From Macrostomum lignano (lineage: Eukaryota), in contig NIVC01001872.1 in the NCBI GenBank assembly GCA_002269645.1, forward strand, positions 1 through 64,000: 64,000 nt of DNA. Direction: 5' to 3'. The position numbers and the translations under genes are program-made. The notes beneath the pieces were generated by a model that had not been told where the DNA came from, searched no databases, and saw nothing but the letters and a program-made list of their open reading frames with translations. Below, piece by piece: positions 36,601 to 48,768 of the stretch (its first letter is position 1; each line of letters begins with the position of its first letter).

Positions 36601-37199
36601 TGATGCTCCTGCTCCATGTTCCCATGAATGATGACTGCTCACTGACCGACCGACCGCAGATCTGCCGCGCGCTGCTCTACCTGCACAGCCGGCAGCCGCC
36701 CGTGATCCACAGAGACATCAACTGCTCGAACATAATTGTTTGTGCTGACAACACGCGAATCAAGCTGATCGACTTCGGCCTGTCAATCAAGCTGGAGCAG
36801 TCAGTCAGCCACATCTCAGCCTCCCCTCAGTCATTGCCCAAAGGCACTCTGAACTTCATGGCGCCAGAGCTGCTCGGAGCGGGAGAGTCAGACAGCGTGC
36901 AGTACAGCAGAGAGTCGGACATCTGGGCGTTCGGCTGCTCGGTCTTCCAGATGGCGTCCGGCGCGAGGCCGTTCGCGAACGCCAAAAGCCTGTTAGAAAT
37001 GGCCCAGCTAATCGACAGGAAGGGCGCCCCCGCCCTGCCGGACGGCCGGTCCGCAGAGCTGAGGGATTTCTACAGCCGCTGCACCGCCAAGGACCGCAGG
37101 AGGAGAAGACCCGCGCAGGAGCTGCTGGAGCACGAGTTCCTGACGGGCAGGAAGCTGCAGCCTGGATTCTTCAGCTCGTTTTTTAGTACAAGGAAATGA
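30641..37199 (+). CDS. Ankyrin-repeat / STE (MAP3K-like) kinase gene 1: two ANK modules plus kinase, about 1040 aa plus an unknown first exon
   Basis: Exons A1 30641-31200, D1 32038-32092, B1 32157-32635, C1 32825-32857, A2 33700-34215, D2 34768-34822, B2 34896-35380, C2 35721-35762, K1a 36222-36582, K1b 36660-37199. All introns are GT-AG and the phases join without a stop (3126 nt). ANK motifs GDTAAHLAARR, GATPLMEAART, GRTALDLA. Kinase motifs GRGGFGEV, CAAK, HPNIVRF, HRDINCSN, DFG, GTLNFMAPE, SDIWAFGC. Possible first exon 28752-28799 (weak). Confidence 0.8.
32865..33676. repeat. (cacagctacag/cacacagctacag)n 11/13-nt array filling intron C1-A2
   Basis: Starts about 8 nt after the donor gtgagt and ends just before the branch/acceptor region. 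Confidence 0.9.
35810..36179. repeat. (cacagctacag)n array filling intron C2-K1
   Basis: Same unit as 32865-33676. Confidence 0.9.
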
Positions 37200-38289
37200 C
37201 AGAAGCTGAGCTGGTTGATGGCTCGCCTTCATTCAGATCGAGCAGCCGTTTCAGTCTTAGCAAACTTTTCTGCTAATGCCATGTTTAGCCTAGACTGCTT
37301 TCACCTGCTAAACTTGTATTCTATACTGATTGTAAGCCATTTTCTGTTAGTTTCATTCATTAGTTTAAATAAAAAATTGTAACTACCTTAAAAATTGTAA
37401 TTGTAACCTTAGCTACTCAATTGCCGTTAACTTTAGTTCTGTAACTTTCCTGTTTCTGTAATGAAAATCTAGTAATCTAATTATGAGCTAAGGTACTTGA
37501 GCTTGCATGCATAAGCTATGAGCCATAGGAAAATGCTCATAGGATTTGGAATGGGAATTTGGCAAGGTCACCTGGCCGTGTCACCCTGGTCGTGTCACTT
37601 GGCCGAGGCTGGACGGCAACGAGAGGACTCAATGTGAGCCTGGAGCGGGGGGACCAAAGTTATGAAGTAGGCTCCAACGTTGCTGTCGCTAGCCTCTGTC
37701 TAAGGCAGATCAGCAGATCAGACCAGGACAACACGACCAGTTCAGCAGGAGAACGGAAGTTCATTGTGCTGCCACGCCTAATGGTATGCACAAGTGAGAT
37801 TAGGAAAAGTCCAGCCTGCTGAAGTTGGCTTGCACTAAGAGCGTCAGGCTCCCACGAAAACTGCTGACATCAGCGCCCAAGATCTGCGACAGCGGTACTG
37901 CTGCGACACTGGTGGAGCTGCCGAATGCCGCACTACGGCCGGGTCTGATCTAGCCGTGTTCACATGGAACTGGCATGCAGGCGTTCAATGTTTTTCACTC
38001 AAGTAGTTGCTATTGCGTAGTTCTCTAACCCTCTTGCTATTGTGCAGCAGCGAGCTACAGCATCCCCGCAGCCACCCCAGCATCGTGGGATTCTTTCCGT
38101 TGTCAGCGGTGCTTGTAGTTTCCGTTTTAGCTGTTCGAGAACGCCAGGTAAATTTTACGTGAATTTAAGTTTTGTGAAAAAGCTAAAGGGAGGGACTTCC
38201 TAGAACTACAGGACTGAAGGCGAGCCAGAGAAAAGCTGTGGAGTCCTTCTTGACAATCAACACGCAGCGAGGCCTGTACCAGCTCATTT

Positions 38290-39450
38290 AAGGCCGCAAG
38301 GACGATTGTAGGGCTCCTCGGCGAAGACAAGGCAATTCCGGAGCACACGACTGCCGAGTCAGTTTGAACAGAAGCCGTCCGTCAACGCCCTGCTGCTGGA
38401 TGCTGGTGCTGGAGACCGGGTCCGCAATATCGGCCAGGTCGGTCACGTGTAAGACCTCGCTCGGCGCCCTTCTCGACCAAGGTGCTTTGCTGTCTGCGGA
38501 CCGGAGCGCTAATGGTTGGCGCTGACCTGATCGACAGGCAGGTTCAGCTGAGCGTTCGAGCAGGGCTGCGTGCTGTGGGGCGCCTACGGTTCTGCGACAA
38601 GGCGTGCTGAAGGAGCTGCACCAGGCTCGCTGGCCCAGAGCTACGCCTGGTGGCCCGGCCTGGACGAGCAGCTCGCAGCGACAGTCAAGTCGTGCCGGAC
38701 ATGCACGCTGAACCAGACCGACCTGCCCAAAGTGCCGAAGCAACCGTGGCCGTTTCCTGCTGAACCCTCGACGAGGCTGCACCTGGACTTCGCAGGCCCC
38801 GTGACAGTTGCACATACCAGGTCATCGTACGTGGAAGCCTTCAGCGAGTGGCCAGAAAAGCAGCAGGTTCGCAGCAATACGTCTGCGGTCATCATCGAGC
38901 GACTCTGCGAGGTATTTTCCATGAGTCGCAGTCTTCCTCGCTTATCTCCTCGCAGTTCAGCAAGGCGCAACGGCATCCGCTACATTCTCTCACCCCGTTC
39001 CACCCGGCAACGAGCGACAGAGCCGCTCTTTAAGAGCGGGCACTCAACGGCCGCACTGCAGCGGGTGCTGATGCCCTACCGCAACACGCCGCAATCGATC
39101 ACCGGCGAGGCTCCCCAGATAGCTCCTCATCGGCCGCAGACTAGCTGCGAAGCTGGCTGGACCTGCTGATGCCATCGCTGACGAGCAGCATGCGGCAGCG
39201 GCAAGAGCGGCAGGTGAAGCAGCAGCTGCATGCGCGCGAGCTCCAAGTCAGCGACCGAGTTCTGCTGCGCCACTTCAGCTTCAACGCCAGGACTGGCGGC
39301 GGCACCCGATGGGCGGATGGGACTGGCGTGTCCGCTGGCTTCAGCAATTGCGACGTTTTTGTCAGCGCCATGTGCGGCACACTGACCAGCTGCTGACGAG
39401 CTCGCTGCCGGAGGCCGGGGTTTTTGATGAGCCGCTTACCGAGCAAGGCA
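38290..39450 (+). mobile_element. Degenerate Gypsy integrase remnant
   Basis: LAQSYAWWPGLDEQL..CRTC, PWPFPAEPSTRLHLDFAGP, EAFSEWPE and LMPYRNTPQSITG, with frameshifts. Confidence 0.8.
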
Positions 39451-39949
39451 AAGGCGACGGCGGAAATGACGAGCCGCAGGATGACGCATTGTTATAATTA
39501 CTCATGTCATTGGGTTCGTTGTTATTTCAATCATTCTTTGTTCTTGAGTTTTTTAGTTCAAGTGCACCTCATCAGATGCATTTTTGTTCGGACGAAGAGC
39601 CAGAGGCTGAAACCGGTTGCCAACTGAATACCAGCTGTGACTCCCCCTGTGATACCCTGTTGGCTGATGCGGCACCCACCCTTAGTTTCTTTATCTACTT
39701 CGTATTTAATTATACCGAGTCAGTAAATGAAATTTGAGTAAGAATAACGAAAAATTACAACTGCAGTACTCGTCTCCAAGCCACAAGCCACATTAATTTC
39801 ACACCTGGAACCACCTGGACCGGAATCAAGCCGAAAATAACTCATGGATTTCTAAAACCTTCTGGACTGGAAGCGAGCCGGGTCAAAACCAAATTATAAG
39901 AACCAAAACATAAATTTAATATCACAAATTTCAGAATTTCAGAATGGAA

Positions 39950-40367
39950 CCGGACACAAACAAATAGGTAGAGCCGGACACAAACAAATAGGTAGAGCCG
40001 GACACAAACAAATAGGTAGAGCCGGACACAAACAAGTAGGTAGAGCCGGACACAAACAAATAGGTAGAGCCGGACACAAACAAGTAGGTAGAGCCGGACA
40101 CAAACAAGTAGGTAGAGCCGGACACAAACAAATAGGTAGAGCCGGACACAAACAAATAGGTAGAGCCGGACACAAACAAATAGGTAGAGCCGGACACAAA
40201 CAAATAGGTAGAGCCGGACACAAACAAATAGGTAGAGCCGGACACAAACAAATAGGTAGAGCCGGACACAAACAAATAGGTAGAGCCGGACACAAACAAA
40301 TAGGTAGAGCCGGACACAAACAAATAGGTAGAGCCGGACACAAACAAATAGGTAGAGCCGGACACAG
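39950..40367. repeat. 24-nt minisatellite (ccggacacaaacaaataggtagag)n
   Basis: About 17 copies. Confidence 0.95.
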
Positions 40368-40839
40368 CGGGCCTGTTCATGATGCTTTTTTATACCCCAA
40401 GCATGGAGCCTCCATAACGTGGCTACAGAATCCTCCTCATCTTTCATTATCCCATTAATTTCATCTGCACGAGCGTATTATCCCTAATGAAATGGTAAAC
40501 TTTCAACATACCACTTCTACTCGCTACCATGATAATCCCTTTATTATTCATTTTCAAAAGCCATAATTCAAACCTCATTCAATTTGCTGCCCAAAACCAG
40601 ATCTCAAAAACTTTCAACAATTATCGCAGGTTCCTCACCATCTTGAAATAATAATTTACATTAAAATTTTCTCAGTTGCGTCACCAGGTTCCTACTACGC
40701 CCAACCGAACCCATTGCACAAACCCAAATACAAGTTCGGACCCCAGATAGAAATTAACGAATATTGATCAGGCACTCAATGCTGTGTCAACAGCATGAAG
40801 CAATAATTTATGAATGTCAGTTACTTTAATAACCTATAA

Positions 40840-40905
40840 CCTAAGGACCGCAAAAGCAGAAAGTCCGCACTGGAGCTGATGGGGCACGAGTTCCTCATCG
40901 TCAGG
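40840..40905 (+). pseudogene. 3' remnant of a third kinase copy
   Basis: cctaaggaccgcaaaagcagaaagtccgcactggagctgatggggcacgagttcctc encodes KDRKSRKSALELMGHEFL, paralogous to the K1 end KDRRRRRPAQELLEHEFL. Confidence 0.6.
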
Positions 40906-41318
40906 TACAAATGTACAGTAATTCGGCTAGCCTTAGACACCTGTGCGATATGATGCTCATGCAGAGGTGAGACCAGTGTTGCACTTTTCCATCAGTTGTC
41001 AAGCAGCTCACTGTGCTCACGCTGAAGATGCGCCGCCTACTTTGAGCAGTGAGCACTGAGGCCTCAGCTAGGAGCTCAGAAAAAACTTGTGCTCAATTTG
41101 CTTCGATATAGCAAAAGTCCTTCTCAGACTCAGAAACAGTTCGACGGAGTTGCTGCAAATTTTTGGCAGCTAAGTTTTACTGAATATGACATCCAACAAA
41201 TTCTTTAAACTGCTGTGACTCCCGTGCATCTCCACATTTTTGCCTTTTTGTCAAGAAATTCAAAAATTCTGATCAGCAGCTCAACTTTTCCTGACTTGCT
41301 TTCCAATTTTCCTAACAG

Positions 41319-42251
41319 CCCCGTTTTCAAGGAGAGCTGGGACTCCGTTCGCTTTGTTGCAAATGGATTTTTTGGTGACATCCAGGAAGTTGTCACAGAC
41401 AGAGGCATCAGGTGCGCCGCCAAGACTCTCAACCTGCCTGTGCAGCTCGGCGATAAGAAGGAGACGAAAACGAAGAATATCGATGAAGCTGTCGAGAGCG
41501 AGAGAAACCTGTGCCGACTGCGGCATCCCAACATCGTCAGGTTCTTGCACATCGCTCAGCCGGAGCCCGCCACAGTCGTTGTGTTCATGGAGCTGCTGGA
41601 CGGCCGAAGCTTGGAGAGGTTTATCGACAACCAGCCGCTGGACGAGCTGACGATTCGAGACTTCAGCGAGCAGGTGAGCATTGTGCATCCTTGATGCTCC
41701 TGTTCCATGTTCCCATGAATGATGACTGCTCACTGACCGACCGCTCGCAGATCTGCCGCGCGCTGCTCTACCTGCACAGCCGGCAGCCGCCCGTGATCCA
41801 CAGAGACATCAACTGCTCGAACATAATTGTTTGTGCTGACAACACGCGAATCAAGCTGATCGACTTCGGCCTGTCAATCAAGCTGGAGCAGATAGTCAGC
41901 CGCCACTCATCTTTCCCGGAGGCACCCAAAGGCACTCTGAACTTCATGGCGCCAGAGCTGCTCGGAATTGGCACCTCTGAATGCCTTCAGTGCAGCAGAG
42001 AGTCGGACATCTGGGCGTTCGGCTGCTCGGTCTTCCAGATGGCCTCCGGTGCCAAACCGTTCTTAAATGTCAAAAGCTTCTGGGAACTGGCATTGGATCT
42101 TTACAGGACCGGTGCCCCCGCCCTGCCAGACGGCCGGTCCGCAAAACTGAGGGATTTCTACAGCCGCTGCACTGCTAAGGACCGCAGGGAGAGAAGCTCA
42201 GCCCAGCAGCTGCTGGAGTTTCTGGCAAACTGTTCTGACTCGCAGCTCTAA
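41319..42251 (+). CDS. Second STE-like kinase module (K2), two exons
   Basis: Exons 41319-41673 and 41751-42251, same intron position as K1. Motifs ANGFFGDI, CAAK, HRDINCSN, DFG, GTLNFMAPE. Phase-2 acceptor; the upstream exon is undetermined. Confidence 0.8.
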
Positions 42252-42994
42252 GCCGAGATGCTTGAAAAAACTGTCCGTGATGATTTTTATACGCATGGTA
42301 CGCGTAAATTGAACGAAAACTGTTTTTAGCAGTCTAGCATGCAATACTTGGCTTTTGAACTTTCACTTACTTTGTCCCTCAAGTGGCGCTTTTATTTTTC
42401 GAACAAAATGACAAATATTTTGTCAGCAGACGGATTCCTGACAGATCTGGACTAAATCTGAAAATGTGTTGAACGATTAAAATTTGTTGATTTAACTTTT
42501 TCTCTTTATTGTTTCGATTTCGCCAGATTTTCAAACTACGCTCGTATTTATTCCACAACTATTCTATAGATTTGCCGCAGGCATAGATGGGTCACTAAGC
42601 TTCGAATCCCCCATGACTGAGTGCCAGATGCAGCCATGAACTTTTCTCATTTCAAGCGCCAACTTTTTATTTGTTTCCCCTTCTCTGCTTTCTCTTCGGC
42701 ACCAATCTTTTACTCTCTGCCCACCCTCAAGCAGTGAAGCTGCTCAAATGCCTATCTGTACTCAAGCTCTTTGCTGTTTGCCATGAGCTGGTGTCGCTAT
42801 TTATGAGCTTTTCGTGACGAATCAATGAAAGTGGAACCTGACGACTTTTCCAGAGAGAGTAGAGCCAGCTGCAGAGAGAGTAGAGCCAGCTGCAGAGAGA
42901 GTAGAGGCAGCTGCGGAGAGAGTAGAGGCAGCTCTGCTCTACTGTGCATACAACTGAAGCATTACACAGCATGCACACATCACCCACACTAAAT

Positions 42995-43345
42995 TTAGCA
43001 TCCCCATCACCCAGCATCCCCATCACCCAGCATCCCCATCACCCAGCATCCCGATCACCCAGCATCCCCATCACCCACCATCCCCATCACCCTGCATCCC
43101 CATCACCCACCATCCCCATCACCCACCATCCCCATCACCCAGCATCCCCATCACCCAGCATCCCGATCACCCAGCATCCCCATCACCCACCATCCCCATC
43201 ACCCTGCATCCCCATCACCCACCATCCCCATCACCCAGCATCCTCATCACCCAGCATCCCCATCACCCAGCATCTCCATCACCCAGCATCCCCATCACCC
43301 AGCATCCTCATCACCCAGCATCCCCATCACCCAGCATCCCAATCA
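42995..43345. repeat. 16-nt minisatellite (catccccatcacccag)n
   Basis: About 21 copies. Confidence 0.9.
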
Positions 43346-45427
43346 CCCACCAACACGCAACCCTCTAGCTAACAGGCTGTTTATTCGTGGGATTCCCTCC
43401 GGAATCAGCGGTGCTTCCAGAACAAAAGCAACTCAATGCAGGAAGTGGCTCACTCTGCGGTTGTCAGGCACGGATCAGCTGACGGAATGCATTCGGCCTC
43501 AAAATGAGAGCCTATAAATAAGGCAATGAGCACAGCAAGCAGAGCAGATTCCAGACCCTGAGTGCTTGCAGGAGTCACAATTATTCTCTGATTGCCGATT
43601 CGGAGGCAACTCTGAGCTGCTTCATCTGTAGGCCCAGTTTGTCGCTTTTATTCTGTTTGTATTTTTTTCGACCGCGCCTTTGTTGTTGGATAATTCTGTC
43701 TGTCTAATTTACTTTTTTGCCTGCTGACGATCGGTGCAATCGCGTAAAGATTCAACTTCATGAATAAATATATGAGCTGCATCACTGCTTTGCTGGTATC
43801 TCCAGATGAAGACAACTTTTTTATGCAAATTATTAGCCAGAATTGGCCGCCACTATATATCTTAGTTATATAAAATAATAAATATATAATAAATCGTATA
43901 ACTTCCTATTTCATTTATGTAATTGTTGCTTATGGTGGCTCCAATTGGGCCGTTTTAATCTGTGCTTGTTGTGTGTATTCAGAGCGGTCCGTGCAGTATG
44001 ATAGTTTCACGATCAATAATTTAGACCTCTCAGTATCGAAAGACTGTGCGCCTCATGCCAGTGTTTTGCTCTCCAAGTGCAGCATGCAGAAGTCTCGCAG
44101 AGCAGATAAGCGGGACTCGAGGCAGTTCCTGCACTGAAGACTCGGCAGCCCTTAGCAGTGTCTGCAGTGGAGTTGGCCGGCCTGCGGCTCTGTGAGTGCC
44201 CAATGCAAGCTGCAGCACGTCGAGTTGAGCTTTGCTTAATCAGATAAAATTCTTTTTCAGCTGTTGAATTTCTGCGAATTTCTGAGCATTAGGCATGAGT
44301 GCTTGGTTTTCATTGCTTAAATAAACCATATATAGACAGGCTGGGAGGCTGGCTGGAGAGTATCAGATCCACGAGCAGGTGCTTAGGATCAAGGCTTAGC
44401 CTAGGTACCCTACAATGTGAGCTCTTACTTGGTTCAAAGTCCTAGCTGAACATGTTACCTGTCGGAGTCACATGACCGAGGCAGGCGAAGGTCGAACTGG
44501 ACACTGGGGTGCCTGTGAGGTGTCTCACAAAGACAATAACCAAACAAGGCTTCAGCTTTGCAGCAAGGCCAGACCGAAAACACAAAAGAGCCACAGGTCG
44601 CACCTAAATTCCGCCCCTGTAGAAAACAAGATTAGTGGAGCCACCGAAGCCGCAACGCAGATCAAAACAAGCTCTTCCCGATAAGAGAGTCGCGCAGAGC
44701 TCACCTGAGAAGGGCAGCCATGCAGCCCCAAGAATCAGCTGACACTGACGTCAAGGGTCGAAAGCAACACTGGGCAAGAGAGCTACATCTTTAATTTAAC
44801 TGTTGACGCGAGTTTTGAAAGCTTTGTGAAAAGATGAAATTGTCAGTCGGTTGAGGAGCTCACAGTGCATGAGGCCACTTTGATTGCAGTGGAAAGCTCA
44901 AGAATCGCATCATCTGTGCTTTTCAGCCATTCTCTGCTGCTTTTGCGGCCTGCATGCGATTATGGTTTAGCTGGGTTCCATTTTATACTTGTTAAAGAAA
45001 TAATCAAGTCTAATAAATCTAAGGGTTAGACTTTAACAAAAAAACAGGTAAATGAGCCCTGTGGCTAAATTATTGCTTATATACAAAATTAAATCGATGT
45101 TCTCTCTCTCCAACTCTCTGACTCAACAACGCCTCACGCACATCAACCCCACCCCAACACACTCTGAGACGGGGACCGCCAAGTGTACACTGGCGACGCT
45201 ACACATAGCAGAGGGTCGGTACGCAGGCACTCCAAATCCAATACAATACTACTATTAGGATTCATTAATGCTAAAAGTGCTTGTTTTTCTTTGAGTTTAA
45301 AACCGAAAATGAATCTGAGAAATTATTTTCTCGCATTTTGTTTTAATAACAGTACACAATTCTAAAATCTCTCAAGATTAAGACGCTGAGAGATTCTGAG
45401 ATGCTGGGAGATTCTGAGATGCTGAGA

Positions 45428-45712
45428 GGACACAAACCAGTGAATAGAACCGGACAAAAACCAGTGAATAGAACCGGACACAAACCAGTGAATAGAACCG
45501 GACACAAACCAATGAATAGAACCGGACACAAACCAGTGAATAGAACCGGACACAAACCAGTGAATAGAATCGGACACAAACCAGTGAATAGAACCGGACA
45601 CAAACCAGTGAATAAAACCGGACACAAACCAGTGAATATAACCGGACACAAACCAGTGAATAGAACCGAACACACACCAGTGAATAGAACAGGACACAAA
45701 CCAGTGAATAGA
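45428..45712. repeat. 24-nt minisatellite (ccggacacaaaccagtgaatagaa)n
   Basis: About 12 copies. Confidence 0.9.
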
Positions 45713-46227
45713 GGCTGCTCTCTGCTGCCAGGGTGCTGTCTCAACTCTCACAGACAGAATACTGCAGTCAGAAATGAGCGCACAGTTTGCATGTATCAAC
45801 TGGCTGTGCTGCTCTTAGAAGGCACCGGCGCAGCCAGAAATAGGAGCAGCAGAAGTTCCACAGTTCCTCTGAAAACAAGCAATGACGGCAGAGGTCTGTC
45901 TCGGGCAGACTACGTTGGGCGATGGCATCTGGTGGACGTTCGGCGCTGTGCACTCTCTGGAGTCCATGAGAATCGTGCAAAGTACATGTACATTGTACAT
46001 GTCCTTTCTGCGAAATAAATATTGTACGAGTAATAGTACATTCTCCCATGTAGAGACTCACTAGCGACCCAGCTTAGACTCTCAGGAAGGACAGAGAAGT
46101 CCTCTGTGTCCCTGCATGGTCAATGCGATCCGAACCCAGCAGTGTCCTTTTTTATCAGCTGTGACTTCGAGATCGACAGCCAAAAGAGTTAAGACAGTTC
46201 AGACTCAGAGCCACTTCTAGTCGGAAA

Positions 46228-47362
46228 TCTGTATGTTCTATCTGTATGTTCCATCTGTATGTTCTATCTGTATGTTCTATCTGTATGTTCCATCTGTATG
46301 TTCTATCTGAGTGTTCCATCTGAGTGTTCTATCTGTATGTTCTATCTGTATGTTCTATCTGTATGTTCCATCTGTATGTTCTATCTGAGTGTTCCAACTA
46401 AGTGTTCTATCTGTATGTTCTATCTGTATGTTCTATCTGTATGTTCTATCTGTGTGTTCTATCTGTATGTTCTATCTGTGTGTTCTATCTGTGTGTTCTA
46501 TCTGTATGTTCTATCTGTGTGTTCTTTCCGTATGTTCTATCTGTATGTTCTATCTGTATGTTCTATCTGTATGTTCCATCTGTATGTTCTATCTGAGTGT
46601 TCCAACTGAGTGTTCTATCTGTATGTTCTATCTGTATGTTCTATCTGTATGTTCTATCTGTATGTTCTATCTGTGTGTTCTATCTGTGTGTTCTATCTGT
46701 ATGTTCTATCTGTGTGTTCTATCTGTATGTTCTATCTGTGTGTTCTATCTGTGTGTTCTATCTGTATGTTCTATCTGTGTGTTCTATCTGTATTTTCTAT
46801 CTGTATCTTCTATCTGTATGTTCTATCTGTATTTTCTATATGTATCTTCTATCTGTATGTTCTATCTGTATTTTCTATCTGTGTGTTCTATCTGTGTGTT
46901 CTATCTGTATGTTCTATCTGTGTGTTCTATCTGTGTGTTCTATCTGTATGTTCTATCTGTGTGTTCTATCTGTGTGTTCTATCTGTATGTTCTATCTGTA
47001 TGTTCTATCTGGATGTTCTATCTGTATGTTCTATCTGTATGTTCTATCTGTATGTTCTATCTGTATGTTCTATCTGGATGTTCTATCTGTATGTTCTATC
47101 TGTATGTTCTATCTGTATGTTCTATCTGTATGTTCTATCTGTATGTTCTATCTGTATGTTCTATCTGTATGTTCTATCTGTATGTTCTATATGTGTGTTC
47201 TATCTGTGTGTTCTATCTGTATGTTCTATCTGGATGTTCTATCTGTATTTTCTATCTGTATCTTCTATCTGTATGTTCTATCTGTATTTTCTATATGTAT
47301 CTTCTATCTGTGTGTTCTATCTGTATGTTCTATCTGTATGTTCTATCTGGATGTTCTATCTG
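46228..47362. repeat. 13-nt minisatellite (tctatctgtatgt)n
   Basis: About 85 copies. Confidence 0.95.
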
Positions 47363-48224
47363 CCATTGTTGAGTCCTTTCTTCATCTCCTCTCTTATCTT
47401 TGCAATTTTTCACTGCCCACTCAACTCTGCAAGTCTGCACTCCAAACGCTACTGCCATAAGTAGTATGCATTCCGTACGGAGAAGAATCAGAGACCGAGG
47501 CTCGCATTCGGCCAATAAGCCGTGAGCAGTGAATCTCTCTGACAATGTCTTCTGAGGCCGATAAAATAACTGCTGTGCTGGGGGGGGGCGGCTGGTCATG
47601 CAGTTTTCTTTTCTTTTTAGGCTGAGTTGAGATAATCTGATCGAAGCGCGCATAATGGGCAATGGAACTTCGAAGGTACAGCATTTTTATTTTAAAGTAC
47701 TTACTTTTGCGAGTTCAAGCAGTAAATTAAAACAAACTTTTTGCCTTGTTCTTACGTCCTCATGTTCAGCTTGGGTGCAATTGCAGTTGCAGAAACTCAC
47801 TTAGCCAAACTATAGAAACCGGGCAGTAGCAGAAACTCAGCAGCCAGGCATAAAACATCACACTTATCATATCTCTTCTACTTCTATTCGTACTCCCATT
47901 CCTATTTTTGCGCGTGGTGCCCCTAATCGGTTCGTTTTATCCCTACTTGTGTGTATTTAGAGCGTATTCGCGAAGTTGCACGATCAATAATAGCCTCTTC
48001 GCGCGTTATCAAGTTTTTTTTATACGAGCTAATATAACCGCTCTCGCCTCGGTCAGCCGACTTTTACTGCCACGACAAAATGTACCCTCACTCGAAAATT
48101 TCCGATCAAACAGTGCCAGCCGATAAAAGTCAGAAATGTACATTAAATTAACGTAGATTGCAAAGTCTTGAGGAGCACTCTCAGAGTAGCAATGAAAGGC
48201 GCGGAGAGAGATGGAGAACAAGGA

Positions 48225-48229
48225 GAGAA

Positions 48230-48314
<85 letters not shown>

Positions 48315-48347
48315 GAGAGAGAAAGAGAGAGATGGAGAGAGAGATGG

Positions 48348-48380
<33 letters not shown>

Positions 48381-48428
48381 TAGATGGAGAGAGATTAGAG
48401 AGAGAGAGAGGTAGAGAGAGAAGAGAGG
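48225..48428. repeat. (GA)n microsatellite at the PLE 3' end
   Basis: Read directly. Confidence 0.95.
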
Positions 48429-48456
48429 TAACGGCGTGTTGAAAATATTGAATATG

Positions 48457-48494
48457 GGCTACCGGTTTCGAGCCTCTGGGCTCTTCGTCAGGCC
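48457..48494 (-). ncRNA. Minimal type I hammerhead ribozyme motif (PLE 3' end)
   Basis: Minus strand: ggc CTGACGA a gagcc caga ggctc GAAA CCGG TA gcc. Core, stem I (ggc/gcc), stem II (gagcc/ggctc), palindromic ACCGGT stem III, GUA triplet. Confidence 0.8.
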
Positions 48495-48768
48495 GTAATG
48501 CAATGCAAATAGGTCTTTTAAGTAATTTTTCTGAGTCTGATAAAATTGATGAGTACTTGTACGAGTACATATGAGGGATGTACTGCCTGTTTCGTCTAGC
48601 GGGAGCATGGTTTATTTTGTAGCTTATCAAAGTTTTTAGCTATCTCGTTGGAAAGCCAGACCGTAGATGGGTGAAAAGGAAGGACCAATGGGATGGGTCG
48701 GAGAAGGTGATTGTCGACCCTGATGCTCGCATTCGGCGGTTTGTCAGTCCCCAGTTTTTAATCCAGAT

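Noticed and set aside
43900-46070. GC-richer patches (44030-44218, 45768-46061) as exons of a minus-strand gene
   Set aside because: No recognisable domain, and I could not build a phase-consistent model; left uncalled.
46259-47464. Hydrophobic multi-frame ORFs resembling membrane proteins
   Set aside because: 13-nt array translated in all frames.
48158-48442. (RE)n, (SL)n and (HT/VC)n ORFs here and at 61414-61966
   Set aside because: Dinucleotide microsatellite translations.
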